NCBI GenBank assembly: GCA_963720265.1
Contig: CAVRET010000002.1
Coordinates: forward strand, 750,069 to 814,068
Length of the DNA: 64,000 nt
Direction of reading: 5' to 3'
Origin: an uncultured bacterium
GTDB taxonomy: Bacteria > Patescibacteriota > Saccharimonadia > UBA4664
The position numbers were made by a program, and so were the translations under genes. The notes under the pieces were generated by a model. It had not been told where the DNA came from. It saw only the letters and a program-made list of their open reading frames with translations, and did not search any database. Of this stretch, positions 35,634-45,689 are shown in pieces; positions within the stretch are counted from its first letter, which is position 1; the number at the start of each line of letters is the position of its first letter.

Positions 35634-36668
35634 TCATGCCGCAGCCGGCGCCAGAATCGTCGCCGCCAAATACGGCAGTACCATCTCAGGCTCCCCCAGC
35701 TGCCTCACGTAGTACGCAGGCGTTTTGCCGCGCAGCTCCGCCGCCGCCCGCTCGTACCAGCCTTCAAGGCGCGAGTCCGCCTCGCACCACTCTTGGATTA
35801 GCAGCATGGCCCGGTGCTCGGTCACATAGAGCGACCAATCGGCGGCTCCGGAGTACACCAAGAGTAGCAGGTCGATGAGCCACCGCCGTGGTTGGTCGTC
35901 GTCGGGCGGCACATAATCGCCATCCTCGTCACGCCTGCGTAGCAACGCATCGAACTTGACCGCTGGCGGCGCGTACTCCGCCGCCAGCTCATACGGCGGC
36001 TCGCTGCCGTCAAGGAAGTCCAGCAACTGCCGGATGAATGCGCGTTCAGTGAGAACGTCGCCTATCGTCTGTACCAACGCGTCGTCGGCTCGCAGCTTGA
36101 GCGGGTCGTTAGGCCCGGTATCGAGATCGCTGTGCTCAAGCGTAAACCAGAAACCGCCCGCCGACCGTCCGATGCCGATGTTGTGGATCACCAGGCCGCC
36201 GCTGCCGCCGCCCTCCACCGTCGCCGTGCACCAGATCACAAGCATGCGGATATTCGGCTGAGCCGGCATGGGGCTTATAGCCCTTTCGAAGCCGCTCAGA
36301 ACGACAGTGAAATGCTCAGCTTGTTCAGACCTTGGAACCTGCTGCTCAGGTGCATCGAGTCCAGCTCGCAGATCCGTGATTACACGCTCTGCAGTACCTG
36401 GTCCGCCGTTTACCATGTCATATCCGCGCGGGTCAAACCTGGTTGAGCCGGCGATGCCCAGGTTCAGCTGTCTGCCACCGAGGAATCTGATGGCTCGGGC
36501 AGGGCGACGACGGTGCAGGTACTGGTAAGCCTCACCCTTTGTGAGATTCGCAGCCAGCTCGCCCCAGCCGGTGCGCTCCAGCGCCGCCGCTGCCGCAGGA
36601 AGCAACACGGCATTCGCATGCAGGGCTATCAACACGTCAACGCTTACCAAGCCCTCGATCGAAATCAT
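35634..36668 (-). CDS. hypothetical protein (344 aa)
   Basis: ATG 36668 with a GGGAGGTGG RBS. No family recognised. Confidence 0.5.
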   Translation of the reverse strand: MISIEGLVSVDVLIALHANAVLLPAAAAALERTGWGELAANLTKGEAYQYLHRRRPARAIRFLGGRQLNLGIAGSTRFDPRGYDMVNGGPGTAERVITDLRAGLDAPEQQVPRSEQAEHFTVVLSGFERAISPMPAQPNIRMLVIWCTATVEGGGSGGLVIHNIGIGRSAGGFWFTLEHSDLDTGPNDPLKLRADDALVQTIGDVLTERAFIRQLLDFLDGSEPPYELAAEYAPPAVKFDALLRRRDEDGDYVPPDDDQPRRWLIDLLLLVYSGAADWSLYVTEHRAMLLIQEWCEADSRLEGWYERAAAELRGKTPAYYVRQLGEPEMVLPYLAATILAPAAA

Positions 36669-36777
36669 CTTCCACCTCCCAGAGACTGCCGTAACGGTTG
36701 GGCTAAGGCAAAAATTATGACACATATACGCAAGGAGTTCCATACATCTCGCCAAAAGTCGACATTGCGGCTATGCT

Positions 36778-37647
36778 TTGGTTATGACCCACAAACAGCT
36801 CGAACTCCAGGCCGACCAAATCCGCGAAGATATCATCAAGATGCTGGTTGAGGCGGGGAGTGGGCATGCCGCCGGACCTTTGGGCCTCGCCGATATCTTT
36901 ACCGCCCTCTATTTCGAAATTCTTAACCACCGCCCCAAAGAACCGGATTGGCCGGACCGCGACCGCCTTATTCTCTCAAACGGCCACACCGTACCGGTGC
37001 GCTACGCCACTATGGCTCGGGCCGGCTACTTCCCGGTCTCGGAGTTGAAAACCCTGCGCAAATTCGGTTCCCGCCTCCAGGGTCACCCCGAACGGGTGCG
37101 CCTGCCTGGCCTCGAAACTACCTCCGGCCCGCTCGGATCCGGTCTCTCGCAAGCCGCTGGCATGGCGCTTGCCCTGCGCATGGACGGCCGCACCAACCGC
37201 GTCTACTGCATCACCGGCGACGGCGAGCTCGACGAGGGGAATGTCTGGGAAGCAGCCCTGTTTGCACCCAACAAAAAGCTCAACAACCTCACCGTTATCG
37301 TCGACCGCAACAACATTCAGATCGACGGCCCCACCGAGCGCGTCATGCCGCTTGGTGACCTAGCCGAGAAGTGGGCCGCCTTTGGCTGGCACGTTATCGA
37401 GATCGACGGCCACAACTTCGAGGCCATCATTGCCGCGTGCAACCTGGCCAAAGCTGTGGTGGAACGCCCCACCGTCATCATTGCCCACACTATCCCGGGC
37501 AAGGGCGTCGACTTCATGCAATATGATTACCACTGGCACGGCTACTTCGCCGACGTGCCGGGTGCGCCCAAGGCCAGCGACCAGGCCCGGGTAGCGCTAC
37601 ACGAACTCCGCACTCTGGCCGGCCGGATCAGGAGCGAACATGAGTAA
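36778..37647 (+). CDS. transketolase, N-terminal (TPP-binding) subunit
   Basis: GSGHAAGPLGLADIF..., SNGH, and GDGELDEGNVWEAA (GDG...E...N ThDP-binding motif). 289 aa, the split form. Confidence 0.85.
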   Translation: MVMTHKQLELQADQIREDIIKMLVEAGSGHAAGPLGLADIFTALYFEILNHRPKEPDWPDRDRLILSNGHTVPVRYATMARAGYFPVSELKTLRKFGSRLQGHPERVRLPGLETTSGPLGSGLSQAAGMALALRMDGRTNRVYCITGDGELDEGNVWEAALFAPNKKLNNLTVIVDRNNIQIDGPTERVMPLGDLAEKWAAFGWHVIEIDGHNFEAIIAACNLAKAVVERPTVIIAHTIPGKGVDFMQYDYHWHGYFADVPGAPKASDQARVALHELRTLAGRIRSEHE

Positions 37648-37927
37648 GGCCAAGACCCACAAGCAGGCCGCGTCCGTCGCAGCGCCGATGTGGCAGTTCT
37701 ATGCGGCTTGGCCGGCTACCTTGGCCTTGGTGGTGACGGTCTGGTATGCGGCGCCCTTTCTATGGCTCATGCTGCTGCCGATCTTATTTAATATCATCGT
37801 TACGCTAACCATTGTTACGGTCAGGTCCAGCCGCACCAAGCTCTTGCTCCTAGCAGCTTGCTATCTTAATCTGGCTGTTATGATTGAGTTCATGCTGCAC
37901 TATTGCCTGTTAAACATGTGTACATGA
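37640..37927 (+). CDS. small hydrophobic membrane protein (95 aa)
   Basis: An ORF overlapping the tkt-N stop by 8 nt, with three TM-like segments. Support is weak beyond its position. Confidence 0.3.
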   Translation: MSKAKTHKQAASVAAPMWQFYAAWPATLALVVTVWYAAPFLWLMLLPILFNIIVTLTIVTVRSSRTKLLLLAACYLNLAVMIEFMLHYCLLNMCT

Positions 37928-38385
37928 GATCCGGCGGAACGCTTAAGTTTGCACTTGCCGCCATCGTAGTCGTCATTGTAGTGGGCGGTCTGGCCGTGGG
38001 CATATTCACCTGGATGTCGCACAAACAGGCCGACACTCGTACCGCCCTGGAAAGCGGCTATGCCACGCAGCCGCTTGGCGCGCCGTTTGTACTCGAATCC
38101 AAAGCCTGGAACGCCGGCCCGGAACAGTGGCAATACAACTACACTGCCAATGTAAATCCGGCCGCGGCTATCATCGCGGCCAAAGCCCAGCTCGGCCGCG
38201 GCGCCTACCAAGTCGACGCCAATCAACCGGATGTCATTAATAATGCTGCCGGCACCGCGACGTTGTATCGTGACCTCATCACTGAAGATGTTGCCTTGAC
38301 TATGCATATCCAGCCTCCCGCAGCCCAAGGCTCAGCCCCGATCACGATTGCAACCGTCACCCTCAGCTCACTCGCGGGCCAGTAG
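37924..38385 (+). CDS. membrane-anchored hypothetical protein
   Basis: N-terminal TM (LKFALAAIVVVIVVGGLAVGIF) followed by a soluble domain. The start is probably MRSGGT. Confidence 0.4.
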   Translation: MRSGGTLKFALAAIVVVIVVGGLAVGIFTWMSHKQADTRTALESGYATQPLGAPFVLESKAWNAGPEQWQYNYTANVNPAAAIIAAKAQLGRGAYQVDANQPDVINNAAGTATLYRDLITEDVALTMHIQPPAAQGSAPITIATVTLSSLAGQ

Positions 38386-38423
38386 CATTAGCATTTTGCC
38401 AGGCCAGGCCGTATCATAATGCC

Positions 38424-39413
38424 ATGATCGACCCCCAGCAACATCTCACGCCGGACCTCGCAAGTCCGGAAATCAAGCAAGAACCGATCCGGGCTGGATT
38501 TGGCCGCGGCCTGCTCGAAGCCGCCCACCACGACAAAAACATTGTGGCGCTCTGCGCCGACCTTACCGAATCAACCAAAATGAACGAATTTGCGAAGAGC
38601 TACCCTGAACGCTTTGTGGAAATCGGCATCGCCGAACAAAATCTCGTTACGGTCGCCGCCGGCATGGCGCTGGCTGGCAAAACGCCGTTCGTGTCCAGCT
38701 ACGCCGCGTTTTCGCCCGGCCGCAACTGGGAGCAAATCCGCACTACAATCTGCCTCAACCAGACAAACGTTAAAATCGTGGGCAGCCACGCGGGTGTATC
38801 AGTTGGGCCGGACGGTGCCACACACCAGATGCTCGAGGATATTGCCCTCATGCGCGTTCTACCCGGCATGACCGTGGTCGTCCCGACGGACTCGGTTGAG
38901 GCGTTTAAGGCTACCCAGGTGCTCGCTGCCTATCGTGGTGCCGCCTATGTGCGCTTGGCGCGGGAAAAATCGCCCGTGATCACTACGGAACAATCGCCGT
39001 TTTCGCTTTCCAAGGCCCAAATTCTCCGCCACGGTTGCGATCTCACCATTGTTGCCTGTGGCACTCTCGTGTATCAGGCCCTCATGGCCGCCGAAAGCCT
39101 GGCCGCACATCACCAGCTCGAGGTTGAGGTAATTAATGCCGCCGTTATCAAGCCGCTCGATGTTGTCACGATTGTAGCCAGTGCCAAACGCACTGGGGCT
39201 GTGCTTACGGCCGAGGAACATCAAATTACCGGAGGCCTAGGCGGCGCCGTGGCCGAGGCTCTGGCCGATCACTATCCAGTACCCATGGCTCGCGTTGGTT
39301 TGAATGACCGCTTCGGCGAGTCCGGCCGCCCAGACGAGCTCCTCGAACACTTTGGCCTCACCGCGCCTCACATTGCGGACCGCGCCCGCGAACTCCTAAA
39401 ACGCAAAGCCTAA
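38424..39413 (+). CDS. transketolase, C-terminal (pyrimidine-binding) subunit
   Basis: FVEIGIAEQNLVTVAAGMAL..., SHAGVSVGPDGATHQ, and EDIALMR motifs of the transketolase central/C domains. 329 aa. Confidence 0.85.
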   Translation: MIDPQQHLTPDLASPEIKQEPIRAGFGRGLLEAAHHDKNIVALCADLTESTKMNEFAKSYPERFVEIGIAEQNLVTVAAGMALAGKTPFVSSYAAFSPGRNWEQIRTTICLNQTNVKIVGSHAGVSVGPDGATHQMLEDIALMRVLPGMTVVVPTDSVEAFKATQVLAAYRGAAYVRLAREKSPVITTEQSPFSLSKAQILRHGCDLTIVACGTLVYQALMAAESLAAHHQLEVEVINAAVIKPLDVVTIVASAKRTGAVLTAEEHQITGGLGGAVAEALADHYPVPMARVGLNDRFGESGRPDELLEHFGLTAPHIADRARELLKRKA

Positions 39414-39462
39414 GTTAAAAATTCCTCTTGGCCAGATCAGGAAGATAGCGTAAGCTAATCCC

Positions 39463-39855
39463 ATGTCCAAAGGGGAAATCCAGTATCTCGTGACCTTTGC
39501 TGCCGGCATCGCCGCTTTTTGGCTGAGCGGACAGGCGGTGGCACAGCTTGCGGATCCGCACCTCGGCCATTTTATTGCCGAGGCCTGGCATCTCAGCGTT
39601 ACGCTCGGTGTATATGGTCTGTGCATGGCCGCGCTAGCAGTATTGATATATGGTCGGTCCAGAAATGCTAAGGCCATCATTGTAGCCGCCGTCTGTGCCG
39701 TCATTCTGGCGGCAGTCGGAGCTCAACTTCTATTGCATTTAATCGGGCTCGTGCACACCAAACAAGACCTCGGCTTCTTCACGTTCGCAGCCTACCTTCT
39801 CTACGGCCTGTTCTACGTCGTGTCAGCTGCCGTTGGCCGCCGCTTCGCGCGGTAG
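39463..39855 (+). CDS. hypothetical membrane protein (four TM)
   Basis: Hydrophobic 130-aa ORF. Confidence 0.4.
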   Translation: MSKGEIQYLVTFAAGIAAFWLSGQAVAQLADPHLGHFIAEAWHLSVTLGVYGLCMAALAVLIYGRSRNAKAIIVAAVCAVILAAVGAQLLLHLIGLVHTKQDLGFFTFAAYLLYGLFYVVSAAVGRRFAR

Positions 39856-39926
39856 TCGTACCTAGTCATTATTTACACTCATTGGTAAAGCGGTTATGGT
39901 AAGGCCATACTAACTGGTACGTATTC

Positions 39927-40496
39927 ATGTCGTCTGCAGGGCTCATCAACCTCGTTAAAACCCGCATCGCTCATATCGGCCTGATTATAGCCGCGAGCGT
40001 TTGGATCGCCGGCGGAATCTTCATGGCCGGGGCCGCTCAGGCCGCCGGCTCTGGCACGCTTACCCTCACTCCGGCCTCCGGCACCTATACGGTCGGCCAG
40101 GCCATCGTCGTTTCGGTCTATGCCAACACCGGCGGCGCGCCCATTAATGCCGTTGAGGCCGATGTCGCATACCCGCAGCAAAAACTGCAGTTTGAGAGCC
40201 TAGATACGAGTGCCTCAGCCTTCAGCATTGCCGCCGCCGGCTCAGGGTCAGGCGGGACTGTTCAGGTTGCACGAGGGAATATTCAACCGGTCACGGGCCG
40301 TGTGCTCGTGGCAGTCATCAACTTTAAAGTTATAGCAGCCGGCTCAGCCGCTTTGCATTTTCTGGCTTCGTCAGCACTCGTTACCAGCACAGACAATACT
40401 AACGCGCTCGGCAGCACTTCCGGTGCTGCATACACGTTGACGCAAACTCAGCCTGCCCGTCATTTTCAAGGCTTTCGTTTTCGCCTCTATTTTTAG
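39927..40496 (+). CDS. cohesin-domain protein with signal anchor
   Basis: TLTLTPASGTYTVGQAIVVSVYANTGGAPINAVEADVAYPQQKLQFESLD...GTVQVARGN...VAVINFKVIAAGSAALHF fits the cohesin beta-sandwich pattern. It is paralogous to the domains in 41461..42567 and 45690..47174. Confidence 0.55.
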   Translation: MSSAGLINLVKTRIAHIGLIIAASVWIAGGIFMAGAAQAAGSGTLTLTPASGTYTVGQAIVVSVYANTGGAPINAVEADVAYPQQKLQFESLDTSASAFSIAAAGSGSGGTVQVARGNIQPVTGRVLVAVINFKVIAAGSAALHFLASSALVTSTDNTNALGSTSGAAYTLTQTQPARHFQGFRFRLYF

Positions 40497-40517
40497 CAAG
40501 GTGCTACACTAAAACAC

Positions 40518-41402
40518 ATGAAGCCTACCATTGTTGCCGCCCGCGCCATGTATGAACGCACGCGCAAAGAACACTTTGCGCTCGGTGCGTTCAATATCGA
40601 CAACCAAGAGACGCTCGTCGCAGTAGCCAGGGCTGCAGCTGCTAAAAAAGCTCCGGTGCTGGTCGAGGTTTCGAATGATGAGGCCGGCATGATCGGCCTG
40701 TCCAACATCCGCTGCTTAGTTGACAACTACCGGGCCGAGTATGGCTTACAAATGTTCGTCAATCTTGACCACTCGCCCAGTGTCGAGGCCGCCAAAGCCG
40801 GTATTGATGCCGGCTTTGAGTTCATTCACATCGACATTTCGCAAGCCAACCACGACGCCACCCTCGATGACATCATTGCTGCCACCAAGGAAGTGGTGGC
40901 GTACGCCAGAACCACCGGCGCGCTGGTGGAGAGCGAGCCGCACTATTTCGGCGGCGGCTCCAACGACTTCGACGGCCCGATCGATTACGAAACCATTAAA
41001 AAATTCTTCACAAAACCGGATGAAGCAGCCAAGTTTGTGGCCGCCACCGGGATTGACACGTATGCCGCCGCCGTCGGCAACCTGCACGGTCACTATCCGG
41101 TACCCAAAGAACTGCACCTCGACCTGCTCCAGCAAGTCCGCGATGCCTTGACGTGCGCAATCTCGCTCCACGGCGGCTCCGACACGCCGCTTGAGCAATT
41201 CGTGCAGGCTGTGAACATTGGCGTGTCCAAAGTCAACATCAACTCTGATATGCGCCACGCCTACCGCACAACACTTGAGGCCCAGCTCGCTGCCAATCCG
41301 CATCAGTCGGCCGTTATCAAACTCGTGGGGCCGGTCATCGACGCTGTCCAGGCGGTTGTCGAAACCAAAATTGATGCCTTTGGCTCAGCCGGTCGTTCCT
41401 AA
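40518..41402 (+). CDS. fba: class II fructose-bisphosphate aldolase
   Basis: FNIDNQETL, VNLDHS, SLHGGSD and HGHYP motifs (zinc-binding His residues) of class II FBA. 294 aa. Confidence 0.85.
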   Translation: MKPTIVAARAMYERTRKEHFALGAFNIDNQETLVAVARAAAAKKAPVLVEVSNDEAGMIGLSNIRCLVDNYRAEYGLQMFVNLDHSPSVEAAKAGIDAGFEFIHIDISQANHDATLDDIIAATKEVVAYARTTGALVESEPHYFGGGSNDFDGPIDYETIKKFFTKPDEAAKFVAATGIDTYAAAVGNLHGHYPVPKELHLDLLQQVRDALTCAISLHGGSDTPLEQFVQAVNIGVSKVNINSDMRHAYRTTLEAQLAANPHQSAVIKLVGPVIDAVQAVVETKIDAFGSAGRS

Positions 41403-41460
41403 GAAAAAGCTTTACGGCCGGTCCTATACTGGTTATGCTATAACAAAAGAACTACCATCT

Positions 41461-42567
41461 ATGAGACGTTATCACTTGCTTCCCTCGATTACTCGTCCCA
41501 AAACCTTTCTCAGCCTTATTCTCAGCACCATTGCCGCAGTGGCAATGGTGGGCGCCGGCGGACTTACCAACTATGCGCAAGCTAGCGGCTCAGCCACGCT
41601 CTATTTCACACCATCATCAGGCACGTATACCGTTGGCCAGACGCTGACCGTCACAATCTATACCAACACTGGCGGCGATCCGGTCAATGCAGTTGAGGCC
41701 GACTTTTCGTATCCCACCTCAACACTGACATTCCAAAGCATTGACGGTAGCAGCTCGGCCTTCGGCATCTCGGCCTCTCAAACCGGTGGTGGTGGTACGG
41801 TTAAAATCGCCCGTGGCAACACGAGCGGACTTACCGGCACAGAGCTCGTGGCGGTTGTGCATTTCACGGTCAGCGCTGCCGGCTCAGGATCACTGAGCTA
41901 TCTCGGCTCGTCCGCGGTGGTACGCAGCACCGATAACCAAAACGTCCTCAGCTCCACTTCCGGCGCCAGCTTTACCCTTGCGGCCGCGTCAACGCCGACT
42001 TCCACGCCCAAGCCTTCAGGCTCCACTCACACTCCCACACCGGCTCCAAGCAGCGGCAGCAAGACCAGTCCCACCCCGAAGCCGTCATCATCCGCCTCGC
42101 CAACGCCCTCAGCCGCCGCCGGCACAACAAGTAACACGCCCAGCCCAACGCCCATCAGTATTAATACCTCGCCCACCCCGGCGCCATCACACAGCTCGAC
42201 CAAAATCTTGGGCATTGCCGCCCTTGGCATTCCGATTCTAGCCCTCCTCGTCCTTGGTGCATTTATTCTCAGCCGCTCGCACATCCCGAGTGTGGCGTCA
42301 CACGGCGCTGACAGCGACGCATTGCCTCTCACCCCGCCCGTTACGCCGTCTGCTCCGACCATGCCGGTAAACGGCACAGCATTGCCGCCCACGCCACCAC
42401 CACCGTCGCCACAGGCACCAGTGCCACCAAGCCAGCCAGTCCCGCCAAGCCAGCCGGCGCCACCGAGCCAAACCACCCCGCCAAGTGGGCCCACCCCGCC
42501 GGCCGCCCAGCCGCCAAACCAGACATTTTACCCGGACGCCAACTCCAAGCACGACGGCCCCGCATGA
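41461..42567 (+). CDS. membrane-anchored cohesin-domain protein with Pro/Thr/Ser-rich linker (scaffoldin-like)
   Basis: Signal peptide, a cohesin-like domain (ATLYFTPSSGTYTVGQTLTVTIYTNTGGDPVNAVEADFSY...), and a long PT/S linker. It also has a TM helix (ILGIAALGIPILALLVLGAFIL) and a Pro-rich tail. Its stop overlaps the next start by ATGA. Confidence 0.6.
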   Translation: MRRYHLLPSITRPKTFLSLILSTIAAVAMVGAGGLTNYAQASGSATLYFTPSSGTYTVGQTLTVTIYTNTGGDPVNAVEADFSYPTSTLTFQSIDGSSSAFGISASQTGGGGTVKIARGNTSGLTGTELVAVVHFTVSAAGSGSLSYLGSSAVVRSTDNQNVLSSTSGASFTLAAASTPTSTPKPSGSTHTPTPAPSSGSKTSPTPKPSSSASPTPSAAAGTTSNTPSPTPISINTSPTPAPSHSSTKILGIAALGIPILALLVLGAFILSRSHIPSVASHGADSDALPLTPPVTPSAPTMPVNGTALPPTPPPPSPQAPVPPSQPVPPSQPAPPSQTTPPSGPTPPAAQPPNQTFYPDANSKHDGPA

Positions 42568-45500
42568 CGCCTAGACTCATCTCTCCCCGTCACGGACAGG
42601 GATTGAAGAGCATGCTTGCCCAACAAAAAGCGCTCTCCTGGGCAACTTTGGTCCCGCTCGTGGCGTTGTGTGTAGTGGTTGGCCTCGTCCTCAGGCCCCA
42701 TTCGCGTGCTGATCAAGTGGATGGGGTAAATTACGAAATCTGCAACGAAGGGTCGCAATATCTTACCAGTCCCTGGACGTACGATGCGCTGGCCAGTGGC
42801 AGCCAAAGTTATACAGTGGCACAGTACGAGGCGCTGTCCGGGTATGGCACGACCTTACCGCCACTGCCTTCATACATTTCGTCCCAGGACTCAACGACTG
42901 AAGCGGCCGTCATCTATGCGCCTGGCAGCACAGTCAATGAGCCGGCCTACAATTTCCCAAACACGCCCATCGTGTCCTTTTTTGAAGGCGGCGCCTATAA
43001 CGACATTGGCTTTGATAGTGTAAGCGGCGATCAGTTCATCGGTGGATCGGCGGCCGGCTATCCGGAGCCCGCGTTTGACGACGGCGGTAATGCCGAGGGC
43101 ATTGATGGGCAAAATGCCACTTTTGATTTTTCAGGCGGAGCCAGCACACTTACCGCTACCGCAAACTCCGGAGCGACGACCATTACGACCGCCGACGCCA
43201 TTCCCGGCTACATTGCCGATCTTACCTTTACCGACGGTTCCACCTACCCGATTGGCAACGTTTCGGGGACAACAATCACGCTGGACTCGCCTCTAACGAG
43301 CAGCGAGTCAGCCGGTAGCGCTGTCTGGGCCAACCGCCAGGCGCCGATTGGCAAGGTGGCATCAGGTGCCAGCCAGGGCGCCACGAGTGTTACGCTCGAC
43401 AGCTCAGCGCTGCCGCTCGTGCAATACGGCAACATTCGAATTGGCGCCGATAATTACACACTCAGTTCGGTCTCGGGTAACCAGTCCGGCTACACGGTCG
43501 GTGTGCCAGGCTTGGATACGGCCTTGGCAGCGGGCACGCCGATCTACTACGACGGCATGGCCGGAGATGTGACTGTCTCGTATCTGAATATTAACAACGA
43601 CCAGCACACCACCACCGGTACCATTTACACCGGTTCCGGCTGGACCATAACCCACGACAACATTCACGACGGCTACTCGAAAGGACCCGGGTACGGCGTT
43701 GCCCTTTACGGTGGCGACGAAGGCACGATTGAGTACAACTGCTTATCCAAAATGGGGGACTATGGCGAGAACATTTTTGGCACCGGCAGCAAATTTGACT
43801 ACAACGAGGTCTACGAATCAAATTACCAGCCCGACCCCGGTTGCGGCTGCTCCGGCGGCGGTAAATGGTGGGGCACGCTCAACTCCGACATCGTAGACAA
43901 CGCCTTCGTTAACGATGGAATCGGCGACAGTGGTTTTGCCATCTGGCTCGACAACGGGAACACCGGCACACTCATATCCGGCAACTTCTTCAACCAAACG
44001 GCCGGCCCGGCCATTTCGAGCGAAACAGGATTCAACCTCGATATTACCGACAACCTGTTCGAGAATGACAACTGGGGGACCGGTGACGGCTGCGGTAACT
44101 CTAATTGTACTGGCGACGTTGGCTTAAATAGCTCCGGCGGCTTCAATATACCCGGCAGCCGCTACAATAACCAGATTAGTATTTCCGATAACCAGTTCAT
44201 TGACGACTGGGGCGGTGTCGGCATCTGGCAATCCGGTGCTCGTTCCTGTGAGAACTCAGGTGAAGGCTGGCCTCAGGATGCCCCGTACTGCTCCGGCGGC
44301 TTCCCGAATTCCTCCAACACGTCAAACGGCGGCCAGTACTATTTCTCTCATATTGCTGACACTCAATATGGCGGCGCTTCCAACGCGGTCGTACAAGCCG
44401 CCTCGTCCGGCAGTACAACGCTTCTGGTCAACGGCTCCATGGCTACGGATGATCAAATCGGCATCGGCGACCCGGCTTCCACCACCACAGCGAGCACCAC
44501 GGATGTCACCTCACTCGCCGGCTCGCAAACGATCAACGCCGCCTCCACCACCGGTTTCCCGAGTTCAGGCCAGTTGCGCGTCGGGACATCAGCGGCCTGG
44601 AGCGACGCCGGCGGCAGCTATACCGGCGCCATCCTAAGCTACACTGGCACAACCGGCACGAGTTTCACCGGTGTGTCGCTCGTGCGCGGCTCCGGCACCC
44701 TAGCCGGCCCCATCCTACAAGTGCAGCCATACAAAATCACGGGTGAAACTTGCTACGCCAACGATTGCGCGCTTACTATCACACCGGGCCTCAGCGCCTC
44801 TGCGGCCGCCGGCGCCGAGGTGAGTAACGCCGGCACCTGCCAGCTCTATGCCACCAGCGCCGCCACGCCGACGAGCCCTCTAGCCCCCAATGGCACCTCG
44901 TACTTTGACGGCTGCCAGTGGGGGACCAAGAACATTAGCATCACCAGCAACAACTTCATCTTCGATCCGACCACCATGGCGGCCAGCGCCCCACTGAGCG
45001 GTGGCAAAACCACCACCTCCTGTACCGCCGACCACAACAACGACTGCGGCACCAACTTCATGGCCTACCAGGAGGCCGGCGAACCACCGTTCAGTACCTT
45101 CATCGGCGGCAACGCCATGTACTCAAACTCTGCCCTCACCTCCTGTCCGTCGTGGGATTCCGGCTGTTCATCCAGCCCTCTCAAAAACATTAACGCCCTA
45201 TCCAACCCGCCCGACGCGCCGGCAAATAACGGTGAGGCAGCGAATAACGACGTGTGGTCAGATAACACCTATTCCGGACCGTGGGCCTGGAATGCCTACT
45301 CATATGGCGGCTGTGACGAGCCGAGCGACCCCACCACCAACAAGAGCATGCCGGCCGGCGCCTGCAGTGTTGACTTCTCCGACTGGCAAACCGACTGGCA
45401 ACAGGATGCCGGCAGCACCTACTCTGCCAGTCCTCAGCCGACACCCACCACCACGGCTACCCCGACCGTCTCGGCCACTCCAACCCCGAGCGCTACCCCC

Positions 45501-45677
45501 TCGTCTTCGCCCTCGGGCACAACAGGCGACCTCAACAACGATGGCCAAGTCAATATCTTCGACCTTTCTATTCTCCTCAGCGACTGGGGTACCAATAATG
45601 CCACTGCCGACCTTAACCACGACGGCACGGTGAATGTTTTCGACCTTTCCATTCTTCTCAGCCATTGGGGGACCTAG
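42564..45677 (+). CDS. dockerin-bearing right-handed parallel beta-helix protein (putative polysaccharide-active enzyme)
   Basis: C-terminal tandem dockerin repeats DLNNDGQVNIFDLSILLSDWG and DLNHDGTVNVFDLSILLSHWG (DxNxDGxVNxxD calcium loops). The centre holds PbH1-like beta-helix repeats (NAFVNDGIGDSGFAIWLDNGNTGTLISGNFF...). N-terminal signal/TM. Confidence 0.7.
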   Translation: MTPRLISPRHGQGLKSMLAQQKALSWATLVPLVALCVVVGLVLRPHSRADQVDGVNYEICNEGSQYLTSPWTYDALASGSQSYTVAQYEALSGYGTTLPPLPSYISSQDSTTEAAVIYAPGSTVNEPAYNFPNTPIVSFFEGGAYNDIGFDSVSGDQFIGGSAAGYPEPAFDDGGNAEGIDGQNATFDFSGGASTLTATANSGATTITTADAIPGYIADLTFTDGSTYPIGNVSGTTITLDSPLTSSESAGSAVWANRQAPIGKVASGASQGATSVTLDSSALPLVQYGNIRIGADNYTLSSVSGNQSGYTVGVPGLDTALAAGTPIYYDGMAGDVTVSYLNINNDQHTTTGTIYTGSGWTITHDNIHDGYSKGPGYGVALYGGDEGTIEYNCLSKMGDYGENIFGTGSKFDYNEVYESNYQPDPGCGCSGGGKWWGTLNSDIVDNAFVNDGIGDSGFAIWLDNGNTGTLISGNFFNQTAGPAISSETGFNLDITDNLFENDNWGTGDGCGNSNCTGDVGLNSSGGFNIPGSRYNNQISISDNQFIDDWGGVGIWQSGARSCENSGEGWPQDAPYCSGGFPNSSNTSNGGQYYFSHIADTQYGGASNAVVQAASSGSTTLLVNGSMATDDQIGIGDPASTTTASTTDVTSLAGSQTINAASTTGFPSSGQLRVGTSAAWSDAGGSYTGAILSYTGTTGTSFTGVSLVRGSGTLAGPILQVQPYKITGETCYANDCALTITPGLSASAAAGAEVSNAGTCQLYATSAATPTSPLAPNGTSYFDGCQWGTKNISITSNNFIFDPTTMAASAPLSGGKTTTSCTADHNNDCGTNFMAYQEAGEPPFSTFIGGNAMYSNSALTSCPSWDSGCSSSPLKNINALSNPPDAPANNGEAANNDVWSDNTYSGPWAWNAYSYGGCDEPSDPTTNKSMPAGACSVDFSDWQTDWQQDAGSTYSASPQPTPTTTATPTVSATPTPSATPSSSPSGTTGDLNNDGQVNIFDLSILLSDWGTNNATADLNHDGTVNVFDLSILLSHWGT

Positions 45678-45689
45678 CGGGAAACACTA

